This document shows, piece by piece, positions 31,950 to 41,379 of a stretch of 64,000 nt of DNA. The DNA is taken from the NCBI GenBank assembly GCA_029559035.1, contig JAKQCT010000011.1, forward strand, positions 1,512 to 65,511. The letters are read 5' to 3'. The number at the start of each line of letters is the position of its first letter. Positions within the stretch are counted from its first letter, which is position 1. This DNA comes from Acidobacteriota bacterium. Its GTDB lineage: Bacteria; Acidobacteriota; UBA4820. A program made the position numbers and the translations under genes. The notes beneath the pieces were generated by a model. The model saw only the letters and a list, made by a program, of their open reading frames with translations. It was not told the DNA's origin and searched no databases.

Positions 31950-33914
31950 ATGCGGAGACTGATCGGGAGCTGGCGGGAAGCACTTTCCGCCAAAATAGGA
32001 AAAGAGTTCGGAACGGAGATAGGGCCGGGGGACATTTCCATTGATTTTCCGCCGAAGCCGGAGCTCGGCGACGCGACAACGAACGTCGCTTTTACCGTTG
32101 CCAGGAAGTGCGGCATGAATCCCGCGGAGGCGGCTTCCAGGATAAGGGATCTGAGGCTCGAGGCGGTCGAACGGATCGAGGCCAGGGGGCCTTACCTCAA
32201 TTTCTTCCTGGACAGGGCCGAGGCGGTCGGATACCTTCTCGACGGGGTGGCGCCTGCGCCCGAAATGTCAGCGAAAGTGATCGTCGAGCACACCAACATA
32301 AACCCGAACAAGGCCGCGCACATAGGCCACCTGAGGAACGCCGTGCTCGGGGACACACTCGTGAAGGCCCTAAGGTTCCTGGGCCATGAAGTGGAGGTCC
32401 AGAACTACATCGACGATACCGGCGTCCAGGTCGCGGACGTCGTCGTCTGTTTCAGGGAGATCCTCGGCTACGGCTTCGAAGAGGTCAGGAGGGAGGCCGA
32501 AAAGGAGAAGCCCTTCGACATCTTCTGCTGGGAGCTTTACGCGAAGTCCCCGAAGTATTACGAAGCCGACCCTGATAACCTCAATAAAAGGTACGAGACG
32601 CTTCACCTGATCGAGGAGGGGGACAGCGAGACCGCCAGGATAGGCGAGTTCGTTGCTTCAAGCATGGTCAACTGCCATCTCAGGACCATGGACAGGCTCG
32701 GCATAAGGTACGACCTCCTGCCCCATGAGAGCGACATCCTGAAGAACGGCTTCTGGAACAGATGCTTCTCCATGCTGAAAGAGAGCGGGTCGATAGAATA
32801 CATTCCGCCCGATTCCGAAGACAAGATGAGGGGCTGCTGGGTCATGAGGCTCTCCGGAAACAAGGAGTTCGAAGGGCTCTCCGACGCCGACAAGGTTATC
32901 GTGAGGTCGAACGGAACGGTAACCTATCTCGGGAAAGACCTCGCTTACCAGCTCTGGAAGCTCGGGGCGCTGGGGAAGGATTTCGGCTATGTCGAGAGCG
33001 AAGGAGCGCCCTACATGATATGGAGGACCGCTCCCGCTGAAATGGGTCCCGCGGAAAGAAAGTTCGGCGGCGGCCAAAAAGTATTCAACGTGATAGACGT
33101 CAGGCAGAGCTACCTGCAGAAGATCGTGCGGGAAGGCCTGAAAATGCTCGGTCGCGAAAAGGAGGCCGAGTCCTCGGTCCACTTTTCCTACGAGATGGTG
33201 GCTCTTTCGACGAGGTTCATCAGGGAGGAGATCGAAAAAGGGAGACTGCCCGCCGCAGACGAGAAGGACCTTGCGAAGCCCTTCATAGAAATGTCGGGCA
33301 GGAAAGGTCTGGCATACATAGCGGACCACCTGATCGACGCGCTTGTCGAAAGGGCTAAGGCGGAAATTGAAAAGAGGGAGCCGGAGACCCCTGCCGGGGA
33401 GGTCTCCGACAGGGCCGCGGTTCTCGCGCGGGCTGCTCTCAAGTATTACATACTGAAATTCAGCAGGAACCAGGTGGTCGCGTTCGACCTTAACGAGGCT
33501 CTTTCATTCGAGGGCGAGACCGGCCCTTACATACAGTACGCTTCAGTCAGGGCGGGCAACATCCTGAGAAAAGCCGAAGAGAAGGGAGAGATCGTGCCGT
33601 CCGTTGTCGACAAGGAAGCGGTCGCGCGCCTGATCCCGCTCCTGGACAACGACGGGTGGGGGATTCTTAGCCTCTTCCTGAGGATGCCGTTCGTGGTGTC
33701 GAGGGCGGTGGAACTCAGGGAGCTCAACCTGATCGCCAGGAACATGTACGAAATAGCCCAGGCTTTCCACAACTACTACCACAAGGCCCCGGTGCTCCAG
33801 GAGGAGGACGAGGGCAAGAGGAAGGCAAGGCTTCTCTTCATCTCCATCTTCGCCCGCCTTTTCGAGGATCATCTCGGGGACCTGCTGGGCATCGAGACTC
33901 CCCGGAGGATGTGA
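31950..33914 (+). CDS. argS: Arginyl-tRNA synthetase
   Basis: 654 aa. HIGH region NPNKAAHIGHLRNAVLGD. C-terminal DALR-type anticodon-binding region ending ..ETPRRM. Confidence 0.95.
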   Translation: MRRLIGSWREALSAKIGKEFGTEIGPGDISIDFPPKPELGDATTNVAFTVARKCGMNPAEAASRIRDLRLEAVERIEARGPYLNFFLDRAEAVGYLLDGVAPAPEMSAKVIVEHTNINPNKAAHIGHLRNAVLGDTLVKALRFLGHEVEVQNYIDDTGVQVADVVVCFREILGYGFEEVRREAEKEKPFDIFCWELYAKSPKYYEADPDNLNKRYETLHLIEEGDSETARIGEFVASSMVNCHLRTMDRLGIRYDLLPHESDILKNGFWNRCFSMLKESGSIEYIPPDSEDKMRGCWVMRLSGNKEFEGLSDADKVIVRSNGTVTYLGKDLAYQLWKLGALGKDFGYVESEGAPYMIWRTAPAEMGPAERKFGGGQKVFNVIDVRQSYLQKIVREGLKMLGREKEAESSVHFSYEMVALSTRFIREEIEKGRLPAADEKDLAKPFIEMSGRKGLAYIADHLIDALVERAKAEIEKREPETPAGEVSDRAAVLARAALKYYILKFSRNQVVAFDLNEALSFEGETGPYIQYASVRAGNILRKAEEKGEIVPSVVDKEAVARLIPLLDNDGWGILSLFLRMPFVVSRAVELRELNLIARNMYEIAQAFHNYYHKAPVLQEEDEGKRKARLLFISIFARLFEDHLGDLLGIETPRRM

Positions 33915-35083
33915 TGGCCGACTACATCGCCACATCCACCCTGAACGGCGAGGCCATACTCCAGAAAGAGCTTGCGGAACTAGGAATAACCGAGAGCAAG
34001 CCCGCGAGAGGCAAGGTGATCTTCCGCGCCTCCGAGGAGGAGGCTTGCAGGGCCGCCTATTTCTGCAGGACCGCCAGGAAGGTCCTCATGCCGGTGAGGT
34101 CCTTCAGGTTCTCATCGAAGGAGGATTTCTACGAGGGGGCGTCCTCCGTGGAATGGGAAGAGATGATGGACATTTCCAGGACGTTCGCGGTGCGAGTGAA
34201 GGGCGAGGACGCGGTCCTGAGGAATTCCGCCTACTCGGCGCTCCTTCTCAAGGACGCCATAGTCGACAGGTTGAGGGATAAAAAGGGAAGAAGGCCGGAC
34301 GTCGACAAGGAAAAGCCCAACACCATGGTCCAGGCGTTCCTGGAAAAGGGGCGGGTGTCGATAAGCCTCGACCTTGGAGGATCGCTTCATAAGAGGGGTT
34401 ACAGGGCGGAGTCCTCCCCTGGCTCGCTCAACGAAGCCCTTGCCGCATCCATCCTGAAGTTCTGCGGGTACTGCGGGGAGGAGCCGTTCCTCGACCCGAT
34501 GTGCGGGAGCGGAACCATCGGCATAGAAGCGGCCCTGATCGCCGGGGACATTGCCCCGGGGCTCCTGTGGAGGTACGAAAAGGGGTTCTTCTCCCTTCCC
34601 TTCATCCCGGCGGACGTGAAGCGGACCATACCGAAGATGGCAAAGGAGAGAGTAAGAAGGCCGGCGTTCTCCATCGCGGTCTCCGACATCGACGGCAGGG
34701 CCGTCAGGACCTCGATGAACAACGCCAAGAGGGCGGGAGTCGCCGCGTTCATGAAGTTCCGCGAAGAAGACTTCTTCTCCTTGAGACCGGAGGACGGCGG
34801 CGGCCTGATGGTATCGAACTTGCCCTACGGAGACCACGTGGAGTCCGGCACCGACCTGGAAAGTTTTTACCGAAGCGTCGGAGACAAGCTGAAGCGCGAC
34901 TTCATGGGCTTCAGGGCCGGCCTTCTGATGGGGAGCGCCGAACTCCAGAAATCGGTCGGGCTATATGCATTTAGGAAGGTTTCGCTATACAATGGAAGCA
35001 AGGAGGTCAGATTATGTCTTTACGAACTTTACGAAGGTTCACGGAAGGCGGGAAAAGGGGAGTCGCGCCAGCGGTTTTCCTGA
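33911..35083 (+). CDS. THUMP-domain class I SAM-dependent RNA methyltransferase (RlmL/UPF0020-like)
   Basis: 390 aa. LDPMCGSGTIGIEAAL (SAM motif I); VSNLPYGDHV (motif IV). Confidence 0.85.
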   Translation: MMADYIATSTLNGEAILQKELAELGITESKPARGKVIFRASEEEACRAAYFCRTARKVLMPVRSFRFSSKEDFYEGASSVEWEEMMDISRTFAVRVKGEDAVLRNSAYSALLLKDAIVDRLRDKKGRRPDVDKEKPNTMVQAFLEKGRVSISLDLGGSLHKRGYRAESSPGSLNEALAASILKFCGYCGEEPFLDPMCGSGTIGIEAALIAGDIAPGLLWRYEKGFFSLPFIPADVKRTIPKMAKERVRRPAFSIAVSDIDGRAVRTSMNNAKRAGVAAFMKFREEDFFSLRPEDGGGLMVSNLPYGDHVESGTDLESFYRSVGDKLKRDFMGFRAGLLMGSAELQKSVGLYAFRKVSLYNGSKEVRLCLYELYEGSRKAGKGESRQRFS

Positions 35084-35490
35084 TGGCCTTCCTCGCTTTC
35101 GCGGTTACGCCGGCTATCGCTTCGGCCTACGGAGAGTTCAGGGCCGAAGGAAAGAGGGGATGGGTCAAGTTCACCGGACGCGGAGGATCGGTTACCGTCG
35201 AAGGCAAGGGAAAACTTTGGGTCACGGTGACCAGGGACTCCAAAGCTTATGTTGACGGCACTTACAAGACCCACACCAGGGACGGGATGACAGATTACTA
35301 CGAAGGGTTCCAGGGAAAGGCGACTCTGAGCGGCCTGAACTTCAAGGTGGCGCTCCGCGGCGAGAACATCAGGATCGAAGCCCTCGCCAGGGGGAAGGCG
35401 TCTATGAACGGGGCGGGTACATTCTCGACGAAGAAAAACCCCTCCGGCAAGTGGGGCGAGGACTACAAGTGGGTCCACTGCAGCTTCTGA
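35014..35490 (+). CDS. Hypothetical secreted beta-rich protein
   Basis: 158 aa. Signal peptide ..VAPAVFLMAFLAFAVTPAIASA/YG. No family recognised. Overlaps the upstream gene by 70 nt. Alternative start ATG 35083 (TGATG junction). Confidence 0.5.
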   Translation: MSLRTLRRFTEGGKRGVAPAVFLMAFLAFAVTPAIASAYGEFRAEGKRGWVKFTGRGGSVTVEGKGKLWVTVTRDSKAYVDGTYKTHTRDGMTDYYEGFQGKATLSGLNFKVALRGENIRIEALARGKASMNGAGTFSTKKNPSGKWGEDYKWVHCSF

Positions 35491-35497
35491 GAGCAAG

Positions 35498-37156
35498 ATG
35501 AGCGAGAAGAGCATGATGGGTGAGCTCCTCATCGAAGAGGGGCTCTTGACGAAGGAACAGCTGGGGAACGCGCTGAGGGAGCAGAAACAGAAGGGCGGAA
35601 GGCTCGGCTACCACCTCATCAGGCTCGGCTACCTCAACGTTAACAGGCTGAGCCAGTTCCTGAAGGAATCGATGGGGCTGATCCCCTACAACATCTCCGA
35701 GTCGGGAGACGGATCCGAGGCGGCAGCCCTTTTCCCGGCGACGCTGGCCCGGTTCTACAACGTGGTTCCCCTGGAAAGGAAGGGCAACACTCTCACGGTC
35801 GCCCTCGCCGACCTCGACAACCCGAGGCTGATCCCCGCGCTGGAGGAGTACACCGGGCTCAAGATTGACCCGCTGATCTGCCCCCGCGACGCGGTCGTGA
35901 CGGCGCTCGAGAAATTCTACGGCTTCCAGAACGACCCGGGCGTCCAGTACATGCCGACGGGGGACAACCTTTTCATACTGACCAGCAAGGAGAAAAAGAT
36001 CCACTCCCTGCACTGGTCGAAGCTCAATCCGGACTCTTCCGCCGTCGAGTGGCTCAGGACCGCGCTCATCGAGGCGATAAGGATAGGCTGCAGAAGGCTC
36101 GTCATAAGGCCTACCGAGGATTCCCTGAGGATAGCCTTCCAGAACGGAGATGAGCTTGAGGACCGCTTCCTTCTCTACCAGCGGAAGGAAGAGGAGATGG
36201 GGACCCTGATAGAGGAACTCGCCCGGCTGAAGGACAAGAAAAAGAGGGCTGAGCAGGAAGGAAGGATAAGGATACAGATAGAGAACAGATACCTCTCCCT
36301 GCACGTCCACAAGCTCCAGACGCTTCAGGGGCGAAGGTACCGCCTCACGCTTTACGACGAGAAGATATTCGAGAGGGAGTGGGGGAAACTGAAGGAATGC
36401 CTTTCCGGAGCGGAGTCCTCATCCTTCGAATCCGCGCTGAGGGAGCCGAGGGGGATAGTCATCATCTCGGGCCCCATGGGGCCGGCGATTTCCGGCGTCT
36501 ACTACTCGGTCCTGGAACTTGTAAAGGCGGGTACGCGCGCGCCTTTTTCGATAGAGATGCATGCCCTCGTCAACCTTTCGCGGGTCGTCCAGGTCGAGCT
36601 TTCACGGGTCGAGGAGACCACGATGGCGGAACAGATAACCCTCGCGCTCAAGGATGAGGCGGATTTCATCGGAGCGTTCCCGATAAAAGACCGCGCCACG
36701 GCGGAGATATTCTTCCTTGCCGCGGCGAAAGCCTCCCTCCTCGGGGTGATCCACCAGGGAAGCGCGGCGGCGACCCTGAAATGGCTTCTCAGGAACGGCT
36801 TCAAGTCCCCGATACGCGCGGGCCTGCTCAAAGGCATCGTTTCGGTGGTTCCCGTATCGAAGCTTTGCCCACACTGCCAGATTCCGGTCGACGCGCCGGG
36901 CCTGAAGTTCCCCATCTACACGAGACAGGGGTGCGCGAAATGCCTTTCCATGGACACGCTTCCCTACGAGACTTTCCTTGAATGGCACCCGATCACCAAA
37001 GAGATCGCTCCCTCCGAGGAAGGCGAAGTGGAAAAAGCCCTCGACAGGGCGAAGACGCTCTTGAACGATCCTCCCACGATGAAGGAGAAGATACTCGACA
37101 GGGCGCGAAAGGCCGAGATAGACGGCAGCGAGGTCAGGAGGCTGTTCGGTGTCTGA
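35498..37156 (+). CDS. PilB/GspE-family protein with N-terminal MshEN (T2SSE_N) domain and degenerate ATPase motifs (pseudo-ATPase)
   Basis: 552 aa. Tandem MshEN-type motifs (GELLIEEGLLTKEQLGNALREQ; RLGYHLIRLGYLNVNRLSQFLKE). The Walker A position reads GPMGPAIS (36470-36493) instead of GPTGSGKT. GEIRD is FPIKD. The His box is IHQG. The tetracysteine CPHC..CAKC is retained. Confidence 0.8.
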   Translation: MSEKSMMGELLIEEGLLTKEQLGNALREQKQKGGRLGYHLIRLGYLNVNRLSQFLKESMGLIPYNISESGDGSEAAALFPATLARFYNVVPLERKGNTLTVALADLDNPRLIPALEEYTGLKIDPLICPRDAVVTALEKFYGFQNDPGVQYMPTGDNLFILTSKEKKIHSLHWSKLNPDSSAVEWLRTALIEAIRIGCRRLVIRPTEDSLRIAFQNGDELEDRFLLYQRKEEEMGTLIEELARLKDKKKRAEQEGRIRIQIENRYLSLHVHKLQTLQGRRYRLTLYDEKIFEREWGKLKECLSGAESSSFESALREPRGIVIISGPMGPAISGVYYSVLELVKAGTRAPFSIEMHALVNLSRVVQVELSRVEETTMAEQITLALKDEADFIGAFPIKDRATAEIFFLAAAKASLLGVIHQGSAAATLKWLLRNGFKSPIRAGLLKGIVSVVPVSKLCPHCQIPVDAPGLKFPIYTRQGCAKCLSMDTLPYETFLEWHPITKEIAPSEEGEVEKALDRAKTLLNDPPTMKEKILDRARKAEIDGSEVRRLFGV

Positions 37157-37574
37157 CGCGCGGCCCCGGACGTTCTTTCTCGTTCTATGCCTTTTCGCGG
37201 CGGCTTACCTCTTTTCCCAGGAACCTGTATCCGGCGTCGACATGGAGAGGATGAGGTGGGAAAAGGATTTCGAGCTCCTCCTGGAGATCGCGGGCGTTCC
37301 GACGCGCGGCCAGGTGGAGCTTGAACAGAACATCTCGTCCCTTGAAAAGGAGAGGGAATCCCTGCTGAGAAAGAGGGACAGACTGTCCGCGCGGCTCGAC
37401 AGGCTGAACTCCTCCTACACATCCGACCAGCTGTACGACGAGATGCTGGAAGAAGAGACCATGGACCTGTCATCCACTAAAAAAAGCATCTCCTCTAAAC
37501 TGGAAACCGTCGAGGAGAGGCTGGGCGAGATCGAGGACAAGCTGAGGAAGCTCTACCCGGAAAGAACCGGATGA
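37149..37574 (+). CDS. Hypothetical membrane-anchored or secreted coiled-coil protein
   Basis: 141 aa. GTG start overlapping the upstream stop. Hydrophobic N-terminus FFLVLCLFAAAYLF, then heptad-rich LEKERESLLRKRDRLSARLDRL..LETVEERLGEIEDKLRKL. Confidence 0.5.
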   Translation: MSDARPRTFFLVLCLFAAAYLFSQEPVSGVDMERMRWEKDFELLLEIAGVPTRGQVELEQNISSLEKERESLLRKRDRLSARLDRLNSSYTSDQLYDEMLEEETMDLSSTKKSISSKLETVEERLGEIEDKLRKLYPERTG

Positions 37575-38914
37575 AGGAAAAAATGAAGATACTGGTCGTG
37601 GAGGACCGGTCAAGCCTTCTCCGGACATTCACCGAGAACATAGAGAACGCGGGTTACAAAGTTTTGTCCGCCTCTGACGGGTTCGAGGGAAGAAAAGCGG
37701 TCGAAACCGGGGGCTACGATCTGGCGCTTTTCGATTTCAAGATGGCGGGGCCCAACGGTCTCGAACTTCTCAAATTGTCGAAAGAGACCTACCCCACTGT
37801 CCCCATCGTCCTGATCACCGCCTACGGAAGCGTGGAGTCAGCCGTGGAGGCGATGAAGAGCGGGGCGTACGACTACATAACCAAGCCCGTGGAGATGGAG
37901 CACCTCATGCACATCATAGCCAACGCCCTTGAGACGTCCAGGATGTCCAGGATGGAACAGGTCCTCAGGGCCGAGCTTGAACGGCATTCTCCTTTTTTCG
38001 GAATAGTGGGGAAAAGCGGGGCTATATCGAGGGCGCTCGAGGAGGCCCGCAAGGTCGCGCCCCTGGATTCAACGGTCCTGCTTATCGGAGAGACCGGCAC
38101 GGGCAAGGAGCTCTTCGCCAAGGCGATCCACACGCTGAGCCCGAGGAAGGACAATCCTTTCGTGGCCGTGAACTGCGCGGCCATTCCGAGCACGCTTCTC
38201 GAGAACGAGCTGTTCGGGCACGAGAAGGGCGCCTATACCGGAGCCTATGACAGCCGCATCGGAAGGTTCGAGCTGGCTCACAGGGGGACGCTTTTCCTCG
38301 ACGAGGTGGGGGAAATGCACCCAGACCTGCAGTCGAAGCTCCTGAGGGTCATCGAGGAAAAAAAGTTCACGAGGGTCGGCAGCCCCGCGACGGTCAGTGT
38401 TGACGTGAGGCTCATCTGCGCGACGAACAGGAAGCCCGAGGACCTCGCAGGTTCGGGTTCTTTCAGGAAAGACCTTTACTACAGGATCTCCAGCTTCCCG
38501 ATAGTCCTTCCGCCTCTCAGGGACAGGAGGGACGACATACCCCTTCTCGCCGAGCACGCGCTTTCGAGGTGGAGGCGCGAGCTCCATAACAAGGAACTGG
38601 CTTTCGACGCGGAAACGCTGGAGTGGCTTCAGGGCCAGCCGTGGCCGGGGAACGTCAGGGAACTTTTCAACCGGATCGAAAGGGCTGCCATTCTTTCCTC
38701 CGGAAGCCTCGTCGAGCTCGAAGAACTCAAGGGAAGACGGAAAGAGGGCGAGGGTATGCCCGATTTCCTTTCCGAACAGGATCCCGAAAAATGGATAATC
38801 ACGGAAGCACGATGGAGGGCGTCGGAAGTATTGAAAAGGACGGGGGGGGACAAGAAGAAGGCCGCGGCCCTTCTGGGCATGACGGCGCAGAAGCTGGATG
38901 ACATACTCAGGTGA
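37571..38914 (+). CDS. Sigma54-dependent response regulator (NtrC family: REC, AAA+, Fis-type HTH)
   Basis: 447 aa. KILVVEDR..DLALFDFKMAG; GETGTGKELFAKAIH; ELFGHEKGAYTGA (GAFTGA-type loop); C-terminal AAALLGMTAQKL. ATGA overlap with the upstream gene. Confidence 0.92.
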   Translation: MKEKMKILVVEDRSSLLRTFTENIENAGYKVLSASDGFEGRKAVETGGYDLALFDFKMAGPNGLELLKLSKETYPTVPIVLITAYGSVESAVEAMKSGAYDYITKPVEMEHLMHIIANALETSRMSRMEQVLRAELERHSPFFGIVGKSGAISRALEEARKVAPLDSTVLLIGETGTGKELFAKAIHTLSPRKDNPFVAVNCAAIPSTLLENELFGHEKGAYTGAYDSRIGRFELAHRGTLFLDEVGEMHPDLQSKLLRVIEEKKFTRVGSPATVSVDVRLICATNRKPEDLAGSGSFRKDLYYRISSFPIVLPPLRDRRDDIPLLAEHALSRWRRELHNKELAFDAETLEWLQGQPWPGNVRELFNRIERAAILSSGSLVELEELKGRRKEGEGMPDFLSEQDPEKWIITEARWRASEVLKRTGGDKKKAAALLGMTAQKLDDILR

Positions 38915-38982
38915 ACTTTTCCGGCCGATTTCCGTAATTACACCTTTGGAAAATTATTGAGTAAGAGAAAGGAGAATTCAAA

Positions 38983-40761
38983 ATGGACAACGAATACGCG
39001 AGGGAAAAGAAACCGAGAAGGCTGGGGTTGATAATATTCATAGTCGCCGTCGTGGTGTTCCTGCTCGGCGGGATACTTCTCATCGCCGGCATAGCGTCTC
39101 TCACCAAGGGACAGGCGCCCAAGGTGAAGCCGGATTCGACGCTGGTCCTCAACCTGGAGAGGCCCATCCAGGAAATGCCGGCCGACCCGTTCGCAATGCA
39201 GTTCTTCGGGACCAAGGTCTACCAGTTCTCCGAGCTGCATGACGCGATAAAGAGGGCGAAGGAGGACGACCGGATCAAGAGCATGCTGATAGTCACGGGG
39301 ATGAGCGGGATCGGCATCGCAAACGCGCAGGAGCTGAGGGCCGACATCGAGGAGTTCAAGAAGAGCAAGAAGCCAGTCTACGCCTATTTCGACGCGACGG
39401 GCAACAGCGGCTACTACATGGCGTCCTGCGCCGACAAGATCTACGCCCCGCCGTCCACGATAATGGTCATGTCCGGGCTTTACGCCGAGATCCCCTTCTT
39501 CAAGGACACTCTCGAGAAGATCAAGGTCCAGCCGCAGATGTACCACATCGGGGATTACAAGTCCTACTCCGATACCTTCATGAGGAACAGCATGTCCGAC
39601 GCCCAGAAAGAGGCCATGGACGCCATCCTCGACAGCCTTTTCAACAACTTCGTCAACGACATCTGCAAGGGAGGAAGGTTCACTCCCGACCAGCTGAAAG
39701 CGGTCATCGACACGGGTCTCCAGCACGGGCAGTACCTGAAGGACAACAAGCTGGTGGACGACCTCGTCTATCCCGACCAGGTGGACGAGATGCTCAAGAA
39801 GGTCAACGGCAACAAGGAAAAGGTCTCAAAGATCGACGTCTGCGATTACATCAAGGACAAGAGGGTCGTCCTGGACAAGATGGCCAAGAAGAGCGTCGCC
39901 GTCGTGATCGCGAGCGGCGGCATAGTGGACGACGGCGGTTCAAGGGAGAGCAACACGATCACCCCCGGCAGGCTCAACAAGCTCCTCGACCAGGTCGAGA
40001 AGGACAAGAGCGTCTCGGCCGTGGTCCTCAGGGTTGACAGCCCGGGCGGATCGGGTCTGGCCTCCGACATAATCTGGAACAAGATAAACCAGGTCAGGAA
40101 ATCCAAGCCCGTGGTCGTTTCTATGGCCAGCGTGGCGGGTTCCGGAGGGTATTACATCGCCATGGGTTCCGACGGGATCGTCGCCCAGCCCACGACCATC
40201 ACCGGATCGATCGGCGTGGTGACGGGCAAGTTCGTGACAAAGGGCATATACGACTGGGCGGGCGTCGGTATGGGAATGATGAAAAGAGGCAGGAACGCGG
40301 ACCTCTGGTCGGCATACCAGTCCTTCACGCCCGAACAGGAGCAGATCGTCGTGGGACACATGGAACAGTTCTACAAGGATTTCGTGACGAAGGTCGCCGA
40401 AGGCAGGCACATGAGCTACGACGAGGTCCACAAGATCGCCCAGGGCAGGATATGGAGCGGCGAGGACGCCCTGAAGATCGGCCTCGTGGACAGGCTCGGC
40501 GGGCTGGACGAGGCGATCGCCCTCGCGAAGGAAAAAGCCAAGATCGCGGCCGGGGAAAAGGTCACCATCAAGTATTACCCCAGGCAGAAGACGGTCTTCG
40601 AAACGATCATGGAGATGAGCGGCGAGGAGATAGCGATGACGATGCTGAGAACGGTCTCCCCCGAACTTTTCGCGAAGATGGAGAAGGAGGCCCGGTTCGT
40701 CGAAATGCTCAGCAGGGAGCCTTACTCTCTTTACATGCCGGTGAATGTGGTGGTCGAATAG
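38983..40761 (+). CDS. sppA: Signal peptide peptidase SppA, 67K type (tandem S49 domains)
   Basis: 592 aa. N-terminal TM; GNSGYYMA and GSGGYYIAMG in the two halves; DSPGGSGLASD. Confidence 0.9.
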   Translation: MDNEYAREKKPRRLGLIIFIVAVVVFLLGGILLIAGIASLTKGQAPKVKPDSTLVLNLERPIQEMPADPFAMQFFGTKVYQFSELHDAIKRAKEDDRIKSMLIVTGMSGIGIANAQELRADIEEFKKSKKPVYAYFDATGNSGYYMASCADKIYAPPSTIMVMSGLYAEIPFFKDTLEKIKVQPQMYHIGDYKSYSDTFMRNSMSDAQKEAMDAILDSLFNNFVNDICKGGRFTPDQLKAVIDTGLQHGQYLKDNKLVDDLVYPDQVDEMLKKVNGNKEKVSKIDVCDYIKDKRVVLDKMAKKSVAVVIASGGIVDDGGSRESNTITPGRLNKLLDQVEKDKSVSAVVLRVDSPGGSGLASDIIWNKINQVRKSKPVVVSMASVAGSGGYYIAMGSDGIVAQPTTITGSIGVVTGKFVTKGIYDWAGVGMGMMKRGRNADLWSAYQSFTPEQEQIVVGHMEQFYKDFVTKVAEGRHMSYDEVHKIAQGRIWSGEDALKIGLVDRLGGLDEAIALAKEKAKIAAGEKVTIKYYPRQKTVFETIMEMSGEEIAMTMLRTVSPELFAKMEKEARFVEMLSREPYSLYMPVNVVVE

Positions 40762-40791
40762 CAAGTCCCCTTACGCAGTTTTTCCCTTTCA

Positions 40792-40818
40792 GGGCGCGGT
40801 CATCCCGCGCCCTTTTTT
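40792..40818 (+). terminator. Rho-independent terminator after sppA
   Basis: GGGCGCGG (40792-40799), TCATC loop, CCGCGCCC (40805-40812), TTTTTT. Confidence 0.8.
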
Positions 40819-40887
40819 CTTGGTCGCCCCTTTGAAATACCGGGTTGACAACGGGAATAAAAAATGGAAGAATGGCGTCTTTAAAAG

Positions 40888-40904
40888 TGGACCGCTGGGG
40901 TCCA
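40888..40904. promoter_or_regulatory. Inverted repeat TGGACC-N5-GGTCCA, candidate Rrf2 operator
   Basis: A perfect 6-bp inverted repeat 14 nt upstream of the rrf2 start and about 15 nt downstream of a candidate promoter (TTGACA 40845-40850, 17 nt, AAGAAT 40868-40873). Confidence 0.3.
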
Positions 40905-40917
40905 TGTTTAAGGGGAT

Positions 40918-41379
40918 ATGATGCAGGTTTCCAGAAGTCTCGAATACGCCGTCAGGAGCCTTGTCTGCCTGGCCTCTTCGAGGAGGCCGATGGACCTCGG
41001 AGCGATCGCGGAGAAGGAGCGTATCCCCCGGGCATATCTCGCAAAGATAATGAGGACCCTGGTGCGGGGAGGGCTGGTATCTTCCACTCAGGGGAGAACA
41101 GGCGGATACAGGCTCAGGAAGCCCGCTGGGAGGATAAGGCTCCTGGAGATCTACATGCTGACCGAAGGGCCGTCCAAGCTTCTGCCGTGCATAGGCGACG
41201 GCGGATCCTGCTCCGCGAGCGCGTCGTGCTCACAGAAGCCGGTATGGATAAAGGTCGAACAGGCCGTCAACGAGGCTTTCAGGAACGTCACGCTGAAGGA
41301 GATGCTTCCGAAAAAAACGAACGGAGGAAAAGGTGCCGGAAAACGCTTTGAAGATCCGCTCTCTCAAGAGCGCGGTTGA
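40918..41379 (+). CDS. Rrf2-family transcriptional regulator (IscR/SufR-like, Cys-containing)
   Basis: 153 aa. SLEYAVRSLVCLA..IPRAYLAKIMRTLVRGGLVSSTQGRTGGYRL; Cys cluster PCIGDGGSCSASASC. Confidence 0.85.
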   Translation: MMQVSRSLEYAVRSLVCLASSRRPMDLGAIAEKERIPRAYLAKIMRTLVRGGLVSSTQGRTGGYRLRKPAGRIRLLEIYMLTEGPSKLLPCIGDGGSCSASASCSQKPVWIKVEQAVNEAFRNVTLKEMLPKKTNGGKGAGKRFEDPLSQERG

